32,000 nt of DNA from positions 3,060,001 through 3,092,000 of the forward strand of contig NC_013202.1 of the NCBI RefSeq assembly GCF_000023965.1, read 5' to 3'. The notes below the pieces were generated by a model. The model searched no databases, was not told where the DNA came from, and saw only the letters and a list, made by a program, of their open reading frames with translations. Shown here piece by piece: positions 1-8,668 of this stretch. Both the position numbers and the translations under genes were made by a program. Position 1 is the first letter of the stretch. Each line of letters starts with the position of its first letter. This stretch comes from Halomicrobium mukohataei DSM 12286. Lineage in GTDB: Archaea; Halobacteriota; Halobacteria; Halobacteriales; Haloarculaceae.

Positions 1-1
1 G

Positions 2-1228
2 ACCAGTGGCCGCGTCGGGCGCTTCGTCACCGACGACCCCTTCCTCGCCGACTACGGCGTCGACATCGCCGCCGTGCCGGAGTCGCTGCTCGTGGTTCCG
101 GTGCTCGCACACGTCTGTCCCGTCGCCTGGGCGACGGGGGCGACGGTCGCAGTCGATCGCGTCGACGCTGCGTTCCTCGACTCGCTCCGACACGTCGGCC
201 AGCGCCTCTGTGAGATGTATCCGGCGTTCATGCAGGGGGGCTCCGTCGTCTGTCAGCGGGCTGTCGAGGGCGACCGTGATCCCGGCGACCGCGACGGGAG
301 TGCGCTGCTGTTTACCGGCGGCGTTGACTCGACGGCGACGTACGTCCGCCACGAGTCCGAACAGCCCGACCTGATCAGCGTCAGAGGATGGGTGATGCGA
401 GAACGGGACCGCTGGCAGCGCAACCGCGAGTTCTTCGCCGACTTCGCGGCCGAGCGGGGCCTCGACGCGCACTTCGTCGAGTCGAACATGCTGTCGTTTC
501 TCGCGACGCCGCTGTTGCAGGCCCACTTCCAGCGGTACCTCGACGGCGCGTGGTACAGCTCCGTCGGCCACGGACTGGGGTTGCTCGGCCTGTGTGCGCC
601 ACTGACGGCGGTCGCGGACATCGGCCGGCTGTACATCGCAGCGACCCACACCGAGGAGTGGACTCGTCCGTGGGGCTCGCACCCGACGATCGACGACCGC
701 GTCCGGTGGAGCGGGACCCAGGCTGTCCACGACGGCTACGAGTCGACGCGCCAGGAGAAGATCGAGACCATCGCCGACTACGTGCGCGGCCGGTCCCGAG
801 AGATCACGCTCCGGACGTGCGTCCACGCCGAGGGTCCGCAGAACTGCAACGACTGCGAGAAGTGCTACCGGACGATCGTCGGTCTCCTGCTGGCCGGCCT
901 CGATCCGAACGACCACGGATACGACTACGACGCCGCGACGGTCCCGGCGATCAGAGACACCTTCGAGTCCGGCGGGAAACACCTCTCGGCACAGAAGCGC
1001 TACCACTGGGAGACGTTACAGGACGCCGCCCGCGAGGTCGAGGCGATCGAGGCACCCGGTGGCCGGGAACTGCTCGGGTGGCTCCGAGAAGCCGACTTCG
1101 GGCCAGCAGTCGAGCAGTCGGCTCGACCGCTCGGACAGCGCCTCCTGCAGGCGACGGCTCGTCAGATCCCGACGAGCGTCTACGCGACGCTGTACCCGGT
1201 CTATCGACGGCTGTCCGCCGATCGGTGA
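2..1228 (+). CDS. PP-loop (adenine nucleotide alpha-hydrolase)-like protein, 5' end cut by window edge
   Basis: The frame is open from nt 2 (TSGRVGRFVTDDPFLADYGVDIAAV...), so the GTG at 74 in the ORF track is probably internal. LLFTGGVDSTATY resembles the SGGxDS PP-loop. The C-terminal CNDCEKCYRT Cys cluster is like QueC/ExsB-type enzymes. Codon third positions are GC-rich and the protein is acidic. Confidence 0.5.
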   Translation, partial: TSGRVGRFVTDDPFLADYGVDIAAVPESLLVVPVLAHVCPVAWATGATVAVDRVDAAFLDSLRHVGQRLCEMYPAFMQGGSVVCQRAVEGDRDPGDRDGSALLFTGGVDSTATYVRHESEQPDLISVRGWVMRERDRWQRNREFFADFAAERGLDAHFVESNMLSFLATPLLQAHFQRYLDGAWYSSVGHGLGLLGLCAPLTAVADIGRLYIAATHTEEWTRPWGSHPTIDDRVRWSGTQAVHDGYESTRQEKIETIADYVRGRSREITLRTCVHAEGPQNCNDCEKCYRTIVGLLLAGLDPNDHGYDYDAATVPAIRDTFESGGKHLSAQKRYHWETLQDAAREVEAIEAPGGRELLGWLREADFGPAVEQSARPLGQRLLQATARQIPTSVYATLYPVYRRLSADR

Positions 1229-1289
1229 GCCCGAGTCGAGACGACGGCGTCGGCGACCCGCTCGGCCTCGCGGCGCGGGACCGACGGCG

Positions 1290-2048
1290 TCAGGCGTCGT
1301 CGACGACCGCACCGAAGTCGTACCAGCCGGGGTCGCGGCCGACGAGCCACTGGGCCGCGTCGAGCGCGCCCGCGGCGAAGACGCCGCGGTCCTCGGCGCG
1401 ATGGGACAGCGAGAGCACCTCGTCGTTGCCCGCCAGCACCAGTTCGTGCTCGCCGCGGATGTCGCCGGCACGGCGGGCGAAGACGCCGATCTCGTCGTCG
1501 GCCCGGGGCGCGTGGCCCTCGCGCCCGTACACCGGCTCCACGTCGCGCTGCTCCTGGACGGTCTCGAGGATCGTGTTGGCCGTGCCGGAGGGGGCGTCGA
1601 CCTTGCCGTTGTGGTGGCTCTCCATGAGTTCGAGGTCGTAGTCCTCCAGCGCGCCGACGGCCGCCCGAACCGTCCGCAAGAGCGCCTGGATGCCCCGCGA
1701 GAAGTTCGTCGCCTTCAGGACCGGGATCTCCTCGGCGGCCTCGCGTAGTCGCTCGGACTGGGCCTCGTCGAAGCCGGTCGTCGCGACCGCGAGCGCGACG
1801 CCGTTGTCGAGACAGCCCGCGAGCACGTCCATCGTCGCTTCGGGCGTCGAGAAGTCGACGACGGCGTCCACGTCGTACTCTTCGAGGACTGTGCCGGCCT
1901 CGCTGGCGGGACGCAGTGGCAGGTCGTCCGTCTCGTCGGCCGTGCTGGCGAAGCCGGCGACGACCTCCACGTCGTCACGTGCTCGTCCGGCCTCGACGAC
2001 CGCGGCCCCGGACCGGCCGGTCGCGCCACAGACGGCGATCCGCGTCAT
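1290..2048 (-). CDS. dapB: 4-hydroxy-tetrahydrodipicolinate reductase
   Basis: N-terminal Rossmann motif RIAVCGATGRSG. Signature ESHHNGKVDAPSGTA (E-x-HH-x-K-x-DAPSGTA) is present. The start overlaps the dapA stop by 4 nt. Confidence 0.9.
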   Translation of the reverse strand: MTRIAVCGATGRSGAAVVEAGRARDDVEVVAGFASTADETDDLPLRPASEAGTVLEEYDVDAVVDFSTPEATMDVLAGCLDNGVALAVATTGFDEAQSERLREAAEEIPVLKATNFSRGIQALLRTVRAAVGALEDYDLELMESHHNGKVDAPSGTANTILETVQEQRDVEPVYGREGHAPRADDEIGVFARRAGDIRGEHELVLAGNDEVLSLSHRAEDRGVFAAGALDAAQWLVGRDPGWYDFGAVVDDA

Positions 2049-2971
2049 CGCTCGGCCTCCGCGTACTCGGCTTCGAGGTCCTCGTCGGCGAGGTCGGCGA
2101 GGACGGCTTCGAGCCGGTCGACGTGTTCGCTGGCGAGCCGAGAGAGGGGCTGGCGCATGTGGGCCGGCCCGTACCCGCGGATTCGCATCGCCTCCTTGAC
2201 CGGAATCGGATTCGTCTCGACGAACAGCGCGCGAAAGAGCGGGCCGAGTTCGTGGTGGATCGCGCGGGCACGCTCGTAGTCACCGGCGATGGCCGCTCCG
2301 ACCATGGCACAGGTGCGTTCGGGTTCGACGTTGGCGGCGACGCTGATACACCCGTCCGCACCGATCGAGAGCATCGGCAGGGTCATCCCGTCGTCGCCCG
2401 ACAGCACCGAGAACTCCTCGTCGCGGGTCCGCTCGACGATCTCGGAGATCTGATTCATGTCGCCGCTCGCGGCCTTGAACCCCGCGACGTTCTCGTGGCT
2501 GGCCAGTTCGACGGCGGTGTCGGGCTCGATGTTCTGGCCGGTCCGGGAAGGGACGTTGTAGACGATCTGGGGGCAGTCGACGGCGTCGGCGATGGTCCGG
2601 TAGTGCTCGACGAGACCGCGCTGCTCGGGCTTGTTGTAGTACGGCGAGATGAGCAAGAGCGCGTCGGCACCGGCGTCGGCCGCCCGCTGGGACAGCGACA
2701 GCGCCTCGCGGGTGTTGTTGCTCCCCGTCCCGGCGATGACCGGTACGTCGTCGACGGCGTCGACGACCGCCTCGACGACCTCGATGTGCTCGTCGTGGGT
2801 CATCGTCGCCGACTCGCCGGTCGAGCCGGCCGGGACGAGGCCGTCGACGCCTGCCGCTTCGAGGCGCTGTGCGTCGCGTCGGAGTGTTTCGAAGTCGATG
2901 CTGCGGTCGTCGTCGTCGTGGAACGGCGTGGGAATCGCGGGGAACACGCCGGTGAGGTCGATGTGTGTCAT
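2045..2971 (-). CDS. dapA: 4-hydroxy-tetrahydrodipicolinate synthase
   Basis: DapA-type motifs are present: PAGSTGES, IAGTGSNNT, ISPYYNKP, VYNVPSRTG and the catalytic-Lys context GFKAASGD. I chose the ATG at 2969-2971 (MTHIDLTGVFPAIPTPF) instead of the longer track ORF reaching 3046. Confidence 0.9.
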   Translation of the reverse strand: MTHIDLTGVFPAIPTPFHDDDDRSIDFETLRRDAQRLEAAGVDGLVPAGSTGESATMTHDEHIEVVEAVVDAVDDVPVIAGTGSNNTREALSLSQRAADAGADALLLISPYYNKPEQRGLVEHYRTIADAVDCPQIVYNVPSRTGQNIEPDTAVELASHENVAGFKAASGDMNQISEIVERTRDEEFSVLSGDDGMTLPMLSIGADGCISVAANVEPERTCAMVGAAIAGDYERARAIHHELGPLFRALFVETNPIPVKEAMRIRGYGPAHMRQPLSRLASEHVDRLEAVLADLADEDLEAEYAEAER

Positions 2972-3398
2972 TGCTGTCGTGTGTGAGTAGTGGTCGAGGC
3001 GTCGATACCCGGCAAAAGAGCGACCGGCCCGAGACGGGAGCGCCACGCCCGCAGCGAGCCGTCAGAAGGGGCGCTTGCGCTTTTTCGGCGGCGTGGACGC
3101 ACTGCTTGCCACCCTGTCGAGACGGAGTCGTGCGTCCCGTCGCATACTGCACACGGGTCGGGCGACGGACTTATGCGTTGTGCTTGCCGGTTCTCGGGCG
3201 GCGAGTGCGACGACGGCGTCCGCCGCCGGAGATCGGTGCCACCTGGTAAATACCCTATAACAATGCCAGTATCGAGAGTCCGTGGAACCGCAACACAGAT
3301 GGTAGCGATGTTACAAACAGGAGTCTACCGGACGCTGGCGAGGGGGCTACCGGTATCGACCGTGGCGGAACCGACCAGAGACGGCCCGAGAGGTAGCG

Positions 3399-4313
3399 AT
3401 GTCTGACTGGGTACCCGGGGACGCCGAGTTCGCACTCTGTCTCACCCACGACGTGGATCGACCGTACAAGACCTACCAGTCGCTGTACTACACTGTCGCC
3501 GAGCGCGATCCCACACACCTGCTGGACCTGCTGCCGTGGCGCAACCCCTACTGGACCTTCGAGGACATCGTCTCTCTGGAGGAGTCGCTGGGCGTCAGGT
3601 CGGCGTTTTACTTCCTGTCCGAACAGTCGCTGTTCCGGGATCGATCGATCAGCGAGTGGACCGACGTAGAGAGCTGGCGGCTCTACGCCGGCCGGTACGA
3701 CCTCGGCGACCCCGACATCGCCCAGCTGATGTCGTCGCTGGACGACCACGGCTGGGAGGTGGGGTTACACGGTTCCTACGAGTCCTACCGGGAGCCGTCG
3801 ATGCTGGAGCGAGAGAAGCAGTGGCTCGAAGAGACCCTCGGACGGGCCGTCCGCGGCGGCCGCCAGCACTACCTCAACCTGGAGCGGCCGTCGACGTGGC
3901 GCTACCAGCGTTCGATGGGGCTCCAGTACGACGCGTCGCCCGGCTCGTCCGCCGAGTTCGGGTTCCAGGACGGCTACCACCCGTTTCGGCCGTTCGACGA
4001 CCACTTCGTCGTGTTTCCCACGGTGCTCATGGAGTGTGCGCTACCGAACCCCGGCGAGGCGTACGAACGCGCCTGGGCGGCCTGCCACAGACTCCTCGAA
4101 GAGGCGCGCGACCACGAGGGCGTGATGACGGTGCTGTGGCATCCCCGCTACTTCAGCTCCGACTACGACGGGTATACCGAACTGTACCGGGAGCTGATCG
4201 AGTGCGCGCTCGATCTGGGTGCGTGGATCGGACCGCCGGGGCAACTCTACGAGCACTGGCAGGCCGACAGAGCGCAGGTCCCGACGCCGGAGAGCGAACG
4301 AGCGACCCAGTGA
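3399..4313 (+). CDS. polysaccharide deacetylase-like (CE4-type) protein
   Basis: LTHDVDRPY, GLHGSYESY and RQHYL resemble the Asp/His metal-binding motifs of NodB-fold deacetylases. The protein is acidic with GC-rich third positions. Confidence 0.55.
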   Translation: MSDWVPGDAEFALCLTHDVDRPYKTYQSLYYTVAERDPTHLLDLLPWRNPYWTFEDIVSLEESLGVRSAFYFLSEQSLFRDRSISEWTDVESWRLYAGRYDLGDPDIAQLMSSLDDHGWEVGLHGSYESYREPSMLEREKQWLEETLGRAVRGGRQHYLNLERPSTWRYQRSMGLQYDASPGSSAEFGFQDGYHPFRPFDDHFVVFPTVLMECALPNPGEAYERAWAACHRLLEEARDHEGVMTVLWHPRYFSSDYDGYTELYRELIECALDLGAWIGPPGQLYEHWQADRAQVPTPESERATQ

Positions 4314-4366
4314 CTGGCGTAGGCGGTCGATAACAAAGCCCGAACGGACGGGTTCTCCGGTGAGAG

Positions 4367-5371
4367 ATGGAGATCGAACGACTCGATATCGACGAGTGGG
4401 GCGAGGCAGTTCCGGACTCGGGGATCGAACTCTTCCACCAGCCCGAGGCCCTCGAAGTGCTCGCGGAACACGTCGACGGCGACCTCGAACTGTACGGCGG
4501 GTTCAAGGGCCAGCAGGCGATCGGACTGCTCCCGGTGGTCACCGACTCGAAGCTCGTCGGGACGACAGTGACCTCGCCGCCGCCGTCGATGAACGTCCCG
4601 CGGCTCGGTCCCGTGGTGATGCCGACCAGTCCCAAGCAACGCAAGATCGAATCGGTCAACTCGAAGTTCACCGAGGCGGTGCTCGAGACGATCGACACCG
4701 GCGGCTCGCTGTCGCTGTTCCGGATGGTCTGTAACAGCCAGTACCTCGATCCCCGGCCCTACGTCTGGGCGGACTACGACCTCACGACGCAGTTCACCTA
4801 CCGCCTCGACCTCGCGGACGCGACGGCCGACGAGACGATGGCCGGCTTCTCCAGTAGTCTCCGCAGAGAGATCCGCTCGGCCAGAGAGCTGGACGTGAGC
4901 GTGAGCGTCGAAGGGCTGGACGGGGCCAGAGCGATCTACAAAGCCACCCGCGAACGCTACGCCGAGCAGGAACGGCCGTTTCCCATCGAGTGGTCGTACG
5001 TCCGCGATCTCGTGTCCGCGCTTGGCGACCGCGCTCGACCGTACGTCGTCCGCGGACCCGACGGCGCGTTCCTCGGGGGCATAACCGCGCTGTACTCGCC
5101 CGACGCCGCGTACTTCTGGCAGGGTGGCACCCGAAGCAGCTACGAGGGCGTCAGTCTCAACAGCCTCGTCCACTGGCAGATCATCGCCGACATCCTCGCG
5201 GACGACGCGCTCGCGTCGGTGACCGGCTACGACCTGATGGGCGCGAACACCGAGCGACTCTGCCGGTACAAGTCCAAGTTCGGCGCTGATCTGGTTCCCT
5301 ACTACGTCGTCGAGTCCGACGGGATCGGGATGGACCTCGCCAAGGCGACCTACAGCACGCTGAAACGGTGA
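4367..5371 (+). CDS. FemAB-like / GNAT-fold acyl(aminoacyl)transferase family protein
   Basis: About 330 aa. The C-terminal YFWQGG...RYKSKFGA is typical of the FemAB / BioF2-like acetyltransferase family. It starts 53 nt after the deacetylase-like gene on the same strand. Confidence 0.55.
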   Translation: MEIERLDIDEWGEAVPDSGIELFHQPEALEVLAEHVDGDLELYGGFKGQQAIGLLPVVTDSKLVGTTVTSPPPSMNVPRLGPVVMPTSPKQRKIESVNSKFTEAVLETIDTGGSLSLFRMVCNSQYLDPRPYVWADYDLTTQFTYRLDLADATADETMAGFSSSLRREIRSARELDVSVSVEGLDGARAIYKATRERYAEQERPFPIEWSYVRDLVSALGDRARPYVVRGPDGAFLGGITALYSPDAAYFWQGGTRSSYEGVSLNSLVHWQIIADILADDALASVTGYDLMGANTERLCRYKSKFGADLVPYYVVESDGIGMDLAKATYSTLKR

Positions 5372-5498
5372 CGCCGTTCGGTGAGTATAGAGAAACGATC
5401 TTCGAAAGCCCCGTTTTCGGCACGCACGCGTTCTCTCATGCGAAAATCGAAGTGCCGGGCCGACAGAACTACGTGGGTGCAATTGAGACAGTATCACC

Positions 5499-7085
5499 AT
5501 GTCTCTGCCAGACGTGGCCGAACTCGATCTCGCCACCAAAGTCGGACAGCTGTTCGTCGTCGGCTTCGAGGGACCGGAGCCGACGGAGGACCTCCGCGAA
5601 CTCCTCACCGACTATCGCTGTGGCAACGTCATCTACTTCAGCCGGAACATCGACTCGCCCGAGCAGGTCGCCGAGCTCAGTCGCGAGCTACAGACCATCG
5701 CCACCGAAGCGGGACCCGAGATCCCGCTGTTCGTGACGGCCGACCAGGAGGGCGGCGTCGTCTCACGGACCGACTGGGGGACCGAACCCCCGAGTCAGAT
5801 GAGCATCGGTGCGGGCCGGGACGCCGACCTCGCCCGTTCGGTGGGTGGCGCTGTCGGGGCGGAACTCGCGTCGATCGGCGTCAACTTCGATCTGACGCCG
5901 GTGCTGGACGTGAACAACAACCCGGACAACCCCGTCATCGGCGTCCGGTCGTTCGGCGAGGAGCCCGAACTCGTCGGCGATCTCGGCGCGGCGATGGCCG
6001 ACGGCATGCAGTCCGAGGGCGTGCTGGCCTGTGGGAAGCACTTCCCGGGCCACGGCGACACCAGCGCCGACTCGCACCACTCGCTACCCGTCGTCGACCA
6101 CGACCGCGAGCGTCTCGACGCCGTCGAACTCGCCCCCTTCCGCCGGGCGATCGACGCCGGGATCGACGCGATCATGACGACACACGTCTCGTTCCCGACG
6201 ATCACCGGCGACGACGAACTCCCGGCGACCGTCTCCCGAGACGTACAGACCGGACTCCTCCGCGAGCAGTTAGGGTTCGATGGCCTGGTCGTCACCGACG
6301 GAATGGAGATGAACGCCATCGCCGACGAGATGGGGACGCCGGAAGGGTGTGTCCAGGCCGTCGAAGCGGGCTGTGATCTCCTCCTGGTCTGTCACACCCC
6401 CGCGGTCCAGAAAGACTCGGTCGAGGCGGTCATCGACGCCGTCGAGTCCGGCCGCATCGACGAGTCGCGGATCGACGACGCTGTCGAGCGCGTCCTCGAG
6501 TACAAGGAGCGACGCGGCGTCGGCCAGCAGACGCCCTCGCTCGACCGCTGGGAGGCGACCAGCGATCGCTCCCGCGAGGTCGGTCGTGAGGTCGCCGCGG
6601 CCGGCATCACGGTCGCTCGGGATCGAAACGAGACGATTCCCTTCGACACCGGACGACCGCTTCACCTCGTCGGCTTCCCCGGCGGACGCGCTTCGCCGGC
6701 AGAGGACGACCGCTACGAGCCGACGCTGGTCGCCGACGCACTCGAAGCCGGCGGCTTCGACGTGGAACTGCACGAGGTGGAGACCGCCGACGCCCTGCCG
6801 TCGTTCGAGGGCGACGAACAGGTCGTGCTGGCGACCTACAACGCCGCTGGCGACGACGAACAGGTGCGAGCGGTCGAGCGACTGGACGAGGCCGTCGACG
6901 CCTTCGCCGCGCTGGTGGTGCGCAACCCCTACGACCTCGCTCGCTTCCCCGACGTGTCGACGGCGGTGTCGACCTACGACTACACGCCCGCGACGCTGTC
7001 GGTGACCGGCGAGATCCTGGCCGGCCGGCGTCGGGCCAGCGGTCGGCTGCCGGTGACGATCGCGGGCTTCGAGGCCGAGAACTGA
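5499..7085 (+). CDS. glycoside hydrolase family 3 (NagZ-like beta-N-acetylhexosaminidase)
   Basis: KHFPGHGDTSADSH motif, LVVTDGMEM nucleophile region and DQEGG substrate-binding motif. No signal peptide is visible. Confidence 0.8.
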   Translation: MSLPDVAELDLATKVGQLFVVGFEGPEPTEDLRELLTDYRCGNVIYFSRNIDSPEQVAELSRELQTIATEAGPEIPLFVTADQEGGVVSRTDWGTEPPSQMSIGAGRDADLARSVGGAVGAELASIGVNFDLTPVLDVNNNPDNPVIGVRSFGEEPELVGDLGAAMADGMQSEGVLACGKHFPGHGDTSADSHHSLPVVDHDRERLDAVELAPFRRAIDAGIDAIMTTHVSFPTITGDDELPATVSRDVQTGLLREQLGFDGLVVTDGMEMNAIADEMGTPEGCVQAVEAGCDLLLVCHTPAVQKDSVEAVIDAVESGRIDESRIDDAVERVLEYKERRGVGQQTPSLDRWEATSDRSREVGREVAAAGITVARDRNETIPFDTGRPLHLVGFPGGRASPAEDDRYEPTLVADALEAGGFDVELHEVETADALPSFEGDEQVVLATYNAAGDDEQVRAVERLDEAVDAFAALVVRNPYDLARFPDVSTAVSTYDYTPATLSVTGEILAGRRRASGRLPVTIAGFEAEN

Positions 7086-7165
7086 TACGGACGGTTGTAG
7101 GAATGTACCGGTGAGCGTCGCCACGGGGGAGACGCTCACCGGTAAGCAACTACAACTTTCCGTAT
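7085..7165 (+). terminator. long imperfect hairpin directly after the GH3 stop codon
   Basis: Nested arms pair as follows: ATACGGA 7085-7091 with TCCGTAT 7159-7165, GTTGTAG 7094-7100 with CTACAAC 7150-7156, and ACCGGTGAGCGTC 7107-7119 with GACGCTCACCGGT 7131-7143 (13 bp, perfect). A T-rich run (ttcttt) follows downstream. Confidence 0.35.
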
Positions 7166-7381
7166 GAGACGGACTGTCGCCGGCCTTCTTTGATCGGTTT
7201 CTCCCCCCGGAACCAGCAGAGACAGAGCGACGGGACTCCGTGTCGAGCGACGGGCGGTCGTGGCTGCGCGGATTCGGCCGATAGAGTCGGTTTGTATTTT
7301 TATTCTGATATCAAAATTTTACACGCCTCAGTGCCACTCGTGCGGACTTCACCGTCTCGCCTGCCTGTTTTGGGGACGAAC

Positions 7382-7388
7382 TTATATA
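7382..7388 (+). promoter_or_regulatory. putative TATA box for the BMP/ABC operon
   Basis: TTATATA lies 29-35 nt upstream of the ATG at 7417 in an AT-rich intergenic region. This fits a leaderless or short-leader haloarchaeal promoter. Confidence 0.3.
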
Positions 7389-7416
7389 CCTAGAAAATAG
7401 TTATATCCATATACCA

Positions 7417-8619
7417 ATGGTTTCAGAACCAGATCCAGACGGCGAATCGACGGCAGTCGACCAGCGGGGAGACTCCGACACACCGATCAACCGACGCGAC
7501 GTGCTCCGGTCGGGAGCGGCGGTCGCTATCACCGGCGGCCTCGCCGGTTGTCTGACCGGCGACGGCGGCGACGGTGCCGGTGACGGGGGCGACGGCGGCG
7601 ACGGCGACACGGAGACAGACACGACCGACGGCGGCGAGGGCGGGACGACGAACATCGCGATCGTCTCCAGTTCCGCCGGCTTCGGCGACCGCGCGTTCAA
7701 CGACCTCGCACTGGAGGGGCTGGAGAACGCCGCCGAGGAGTACGACATCGAACTCCAGCAGGTCGAAGAGACCAACCAGTCCAACTACGGGACCGTCCAG
7801 TCCCGGCTCGCAGAGAGCCAGAACCCCGACTACGACCTGATCGTCCTGGTCGGCTACCAGCACACCCAGGCACTGGAGACCAACGCCGAGGAGTACTCCG
7901 ACCAGCGCTGGATGCTGATCAACGACCACATCGAACGGCCAAACGTCGGCGGCTACATCTGGGCCAACCACGAGATGTCGTTCCAGGCGGGCGTCCTCGC
8001 CGGGACGATGACGACCCGAGAACTCACGCACGAAGGGAACTCCAACGACCCCGACGGGACCACCGTCGGCTTCGTGGGCGGCGTCGACGGGGCGCTGATC
8101 AACGCGTTCGAACGCGCCTACGTCGCTGGCGTCGAGTGGGTCAACGAGGACGTAGACGTGCGGGTCGGCTACATCGGCAACTACGAGGACACCCAGACGG
8201 CGGCCAACATCGCCTCCTCGCAGTACGACGCCGGGGCGGACATCGTCTACCAGGCCGCGGCGGCCGCCGGACAGGGCGTCTTCCAGGCCGCACAAGAAGC
8301 GAACCGCTTTGCAATCGGCGTCGACGCCGACCAGTCGGTGACGCTGCCGGACTACCAGGACGTGATCATCGGCTCGGCGATCAAGCGCATCAACGAAGGG
8401 ACCTACCGCGTCGCGGAGGGCATCGTCCAGGACAACTGGGACGAAGTCAGCGGTCGAAACGTCCTCGGCCTCGACCAGGACGCCGTCGCGGTCGTGCTGG
8501 GCCAGGCGATCGGCTCGAAGTTGCCCGACGCCGTGAGCCAGAACCTCGAAGAGTCGAAGCAGGCCATCGTCGACGGCGACGTGACCGTCCCCTGTACGGC
8601 CGCCGGCTGTCAGGACTGA
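7417..8619 (+). CDS. BMP-family (PnrA/Med-like) ABC transporter substrate-binding lipoprotein
   Basis: Tat-type signal with lipobox (RRDVLRSGAAVAITGGLAGC), then a GDGGDG/TETD acidic linker, then a BMP-like body (IAIVSSSAGFGDRAFND, GFVGG, AIGVDADQ). It is the first gene of the ABC operon. Confidence 0.85.
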   Translation: MVSEPDPDGESTAVDQRGDSDTPINRRDVLRSGAAVAITGGLAGCLTGDGGDGAGDGGDGGDGDTETDTTDGGEGGTTNIAIVSSSAGFGDRAFNDLALEGLENAAEEYDIELQQVEETNQSNYGTVQSRLAESQNPDYDLIVLVGYQHTQALETNAEEYSDQRWMLINDHIERPNVGGYIWANHEMSFQAGVLAGTMTTRELTHEGNSNDPDGTTVGFVGGVDGALINAFERAYVAGVEWVNEDVDVRVGYIGNYEDTQTAANIASSQYDAGADIVYQAAAAAGQGVFQAAQEANRFAIGVDADQSVTLPDYQDVIIGSAIKRINEGTYRVAEGIVQDNWDEVSGRNVLGLDQDAVAVVLGQAIGSKLPDAVSQNLEESKQAIVDGDVTVPCTAAGCQD

Positions 8620-8668
8620 AGCCACAGCCACCATCGCACGTTATGAGACACGACACCACCACACAGCC

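Noticed and set aside
7555-7640. Short tandem GGCGAC/GGCGGC repeats that could look like a repeat array
   Set aside because: They lie in frame within the BMP lipoprotein gene and encode the GDGGDGAGDGGDGGDGD acidic linker that follows the lipobox. This is low-complexity coding sequence, not a CRISPR or satellite array.
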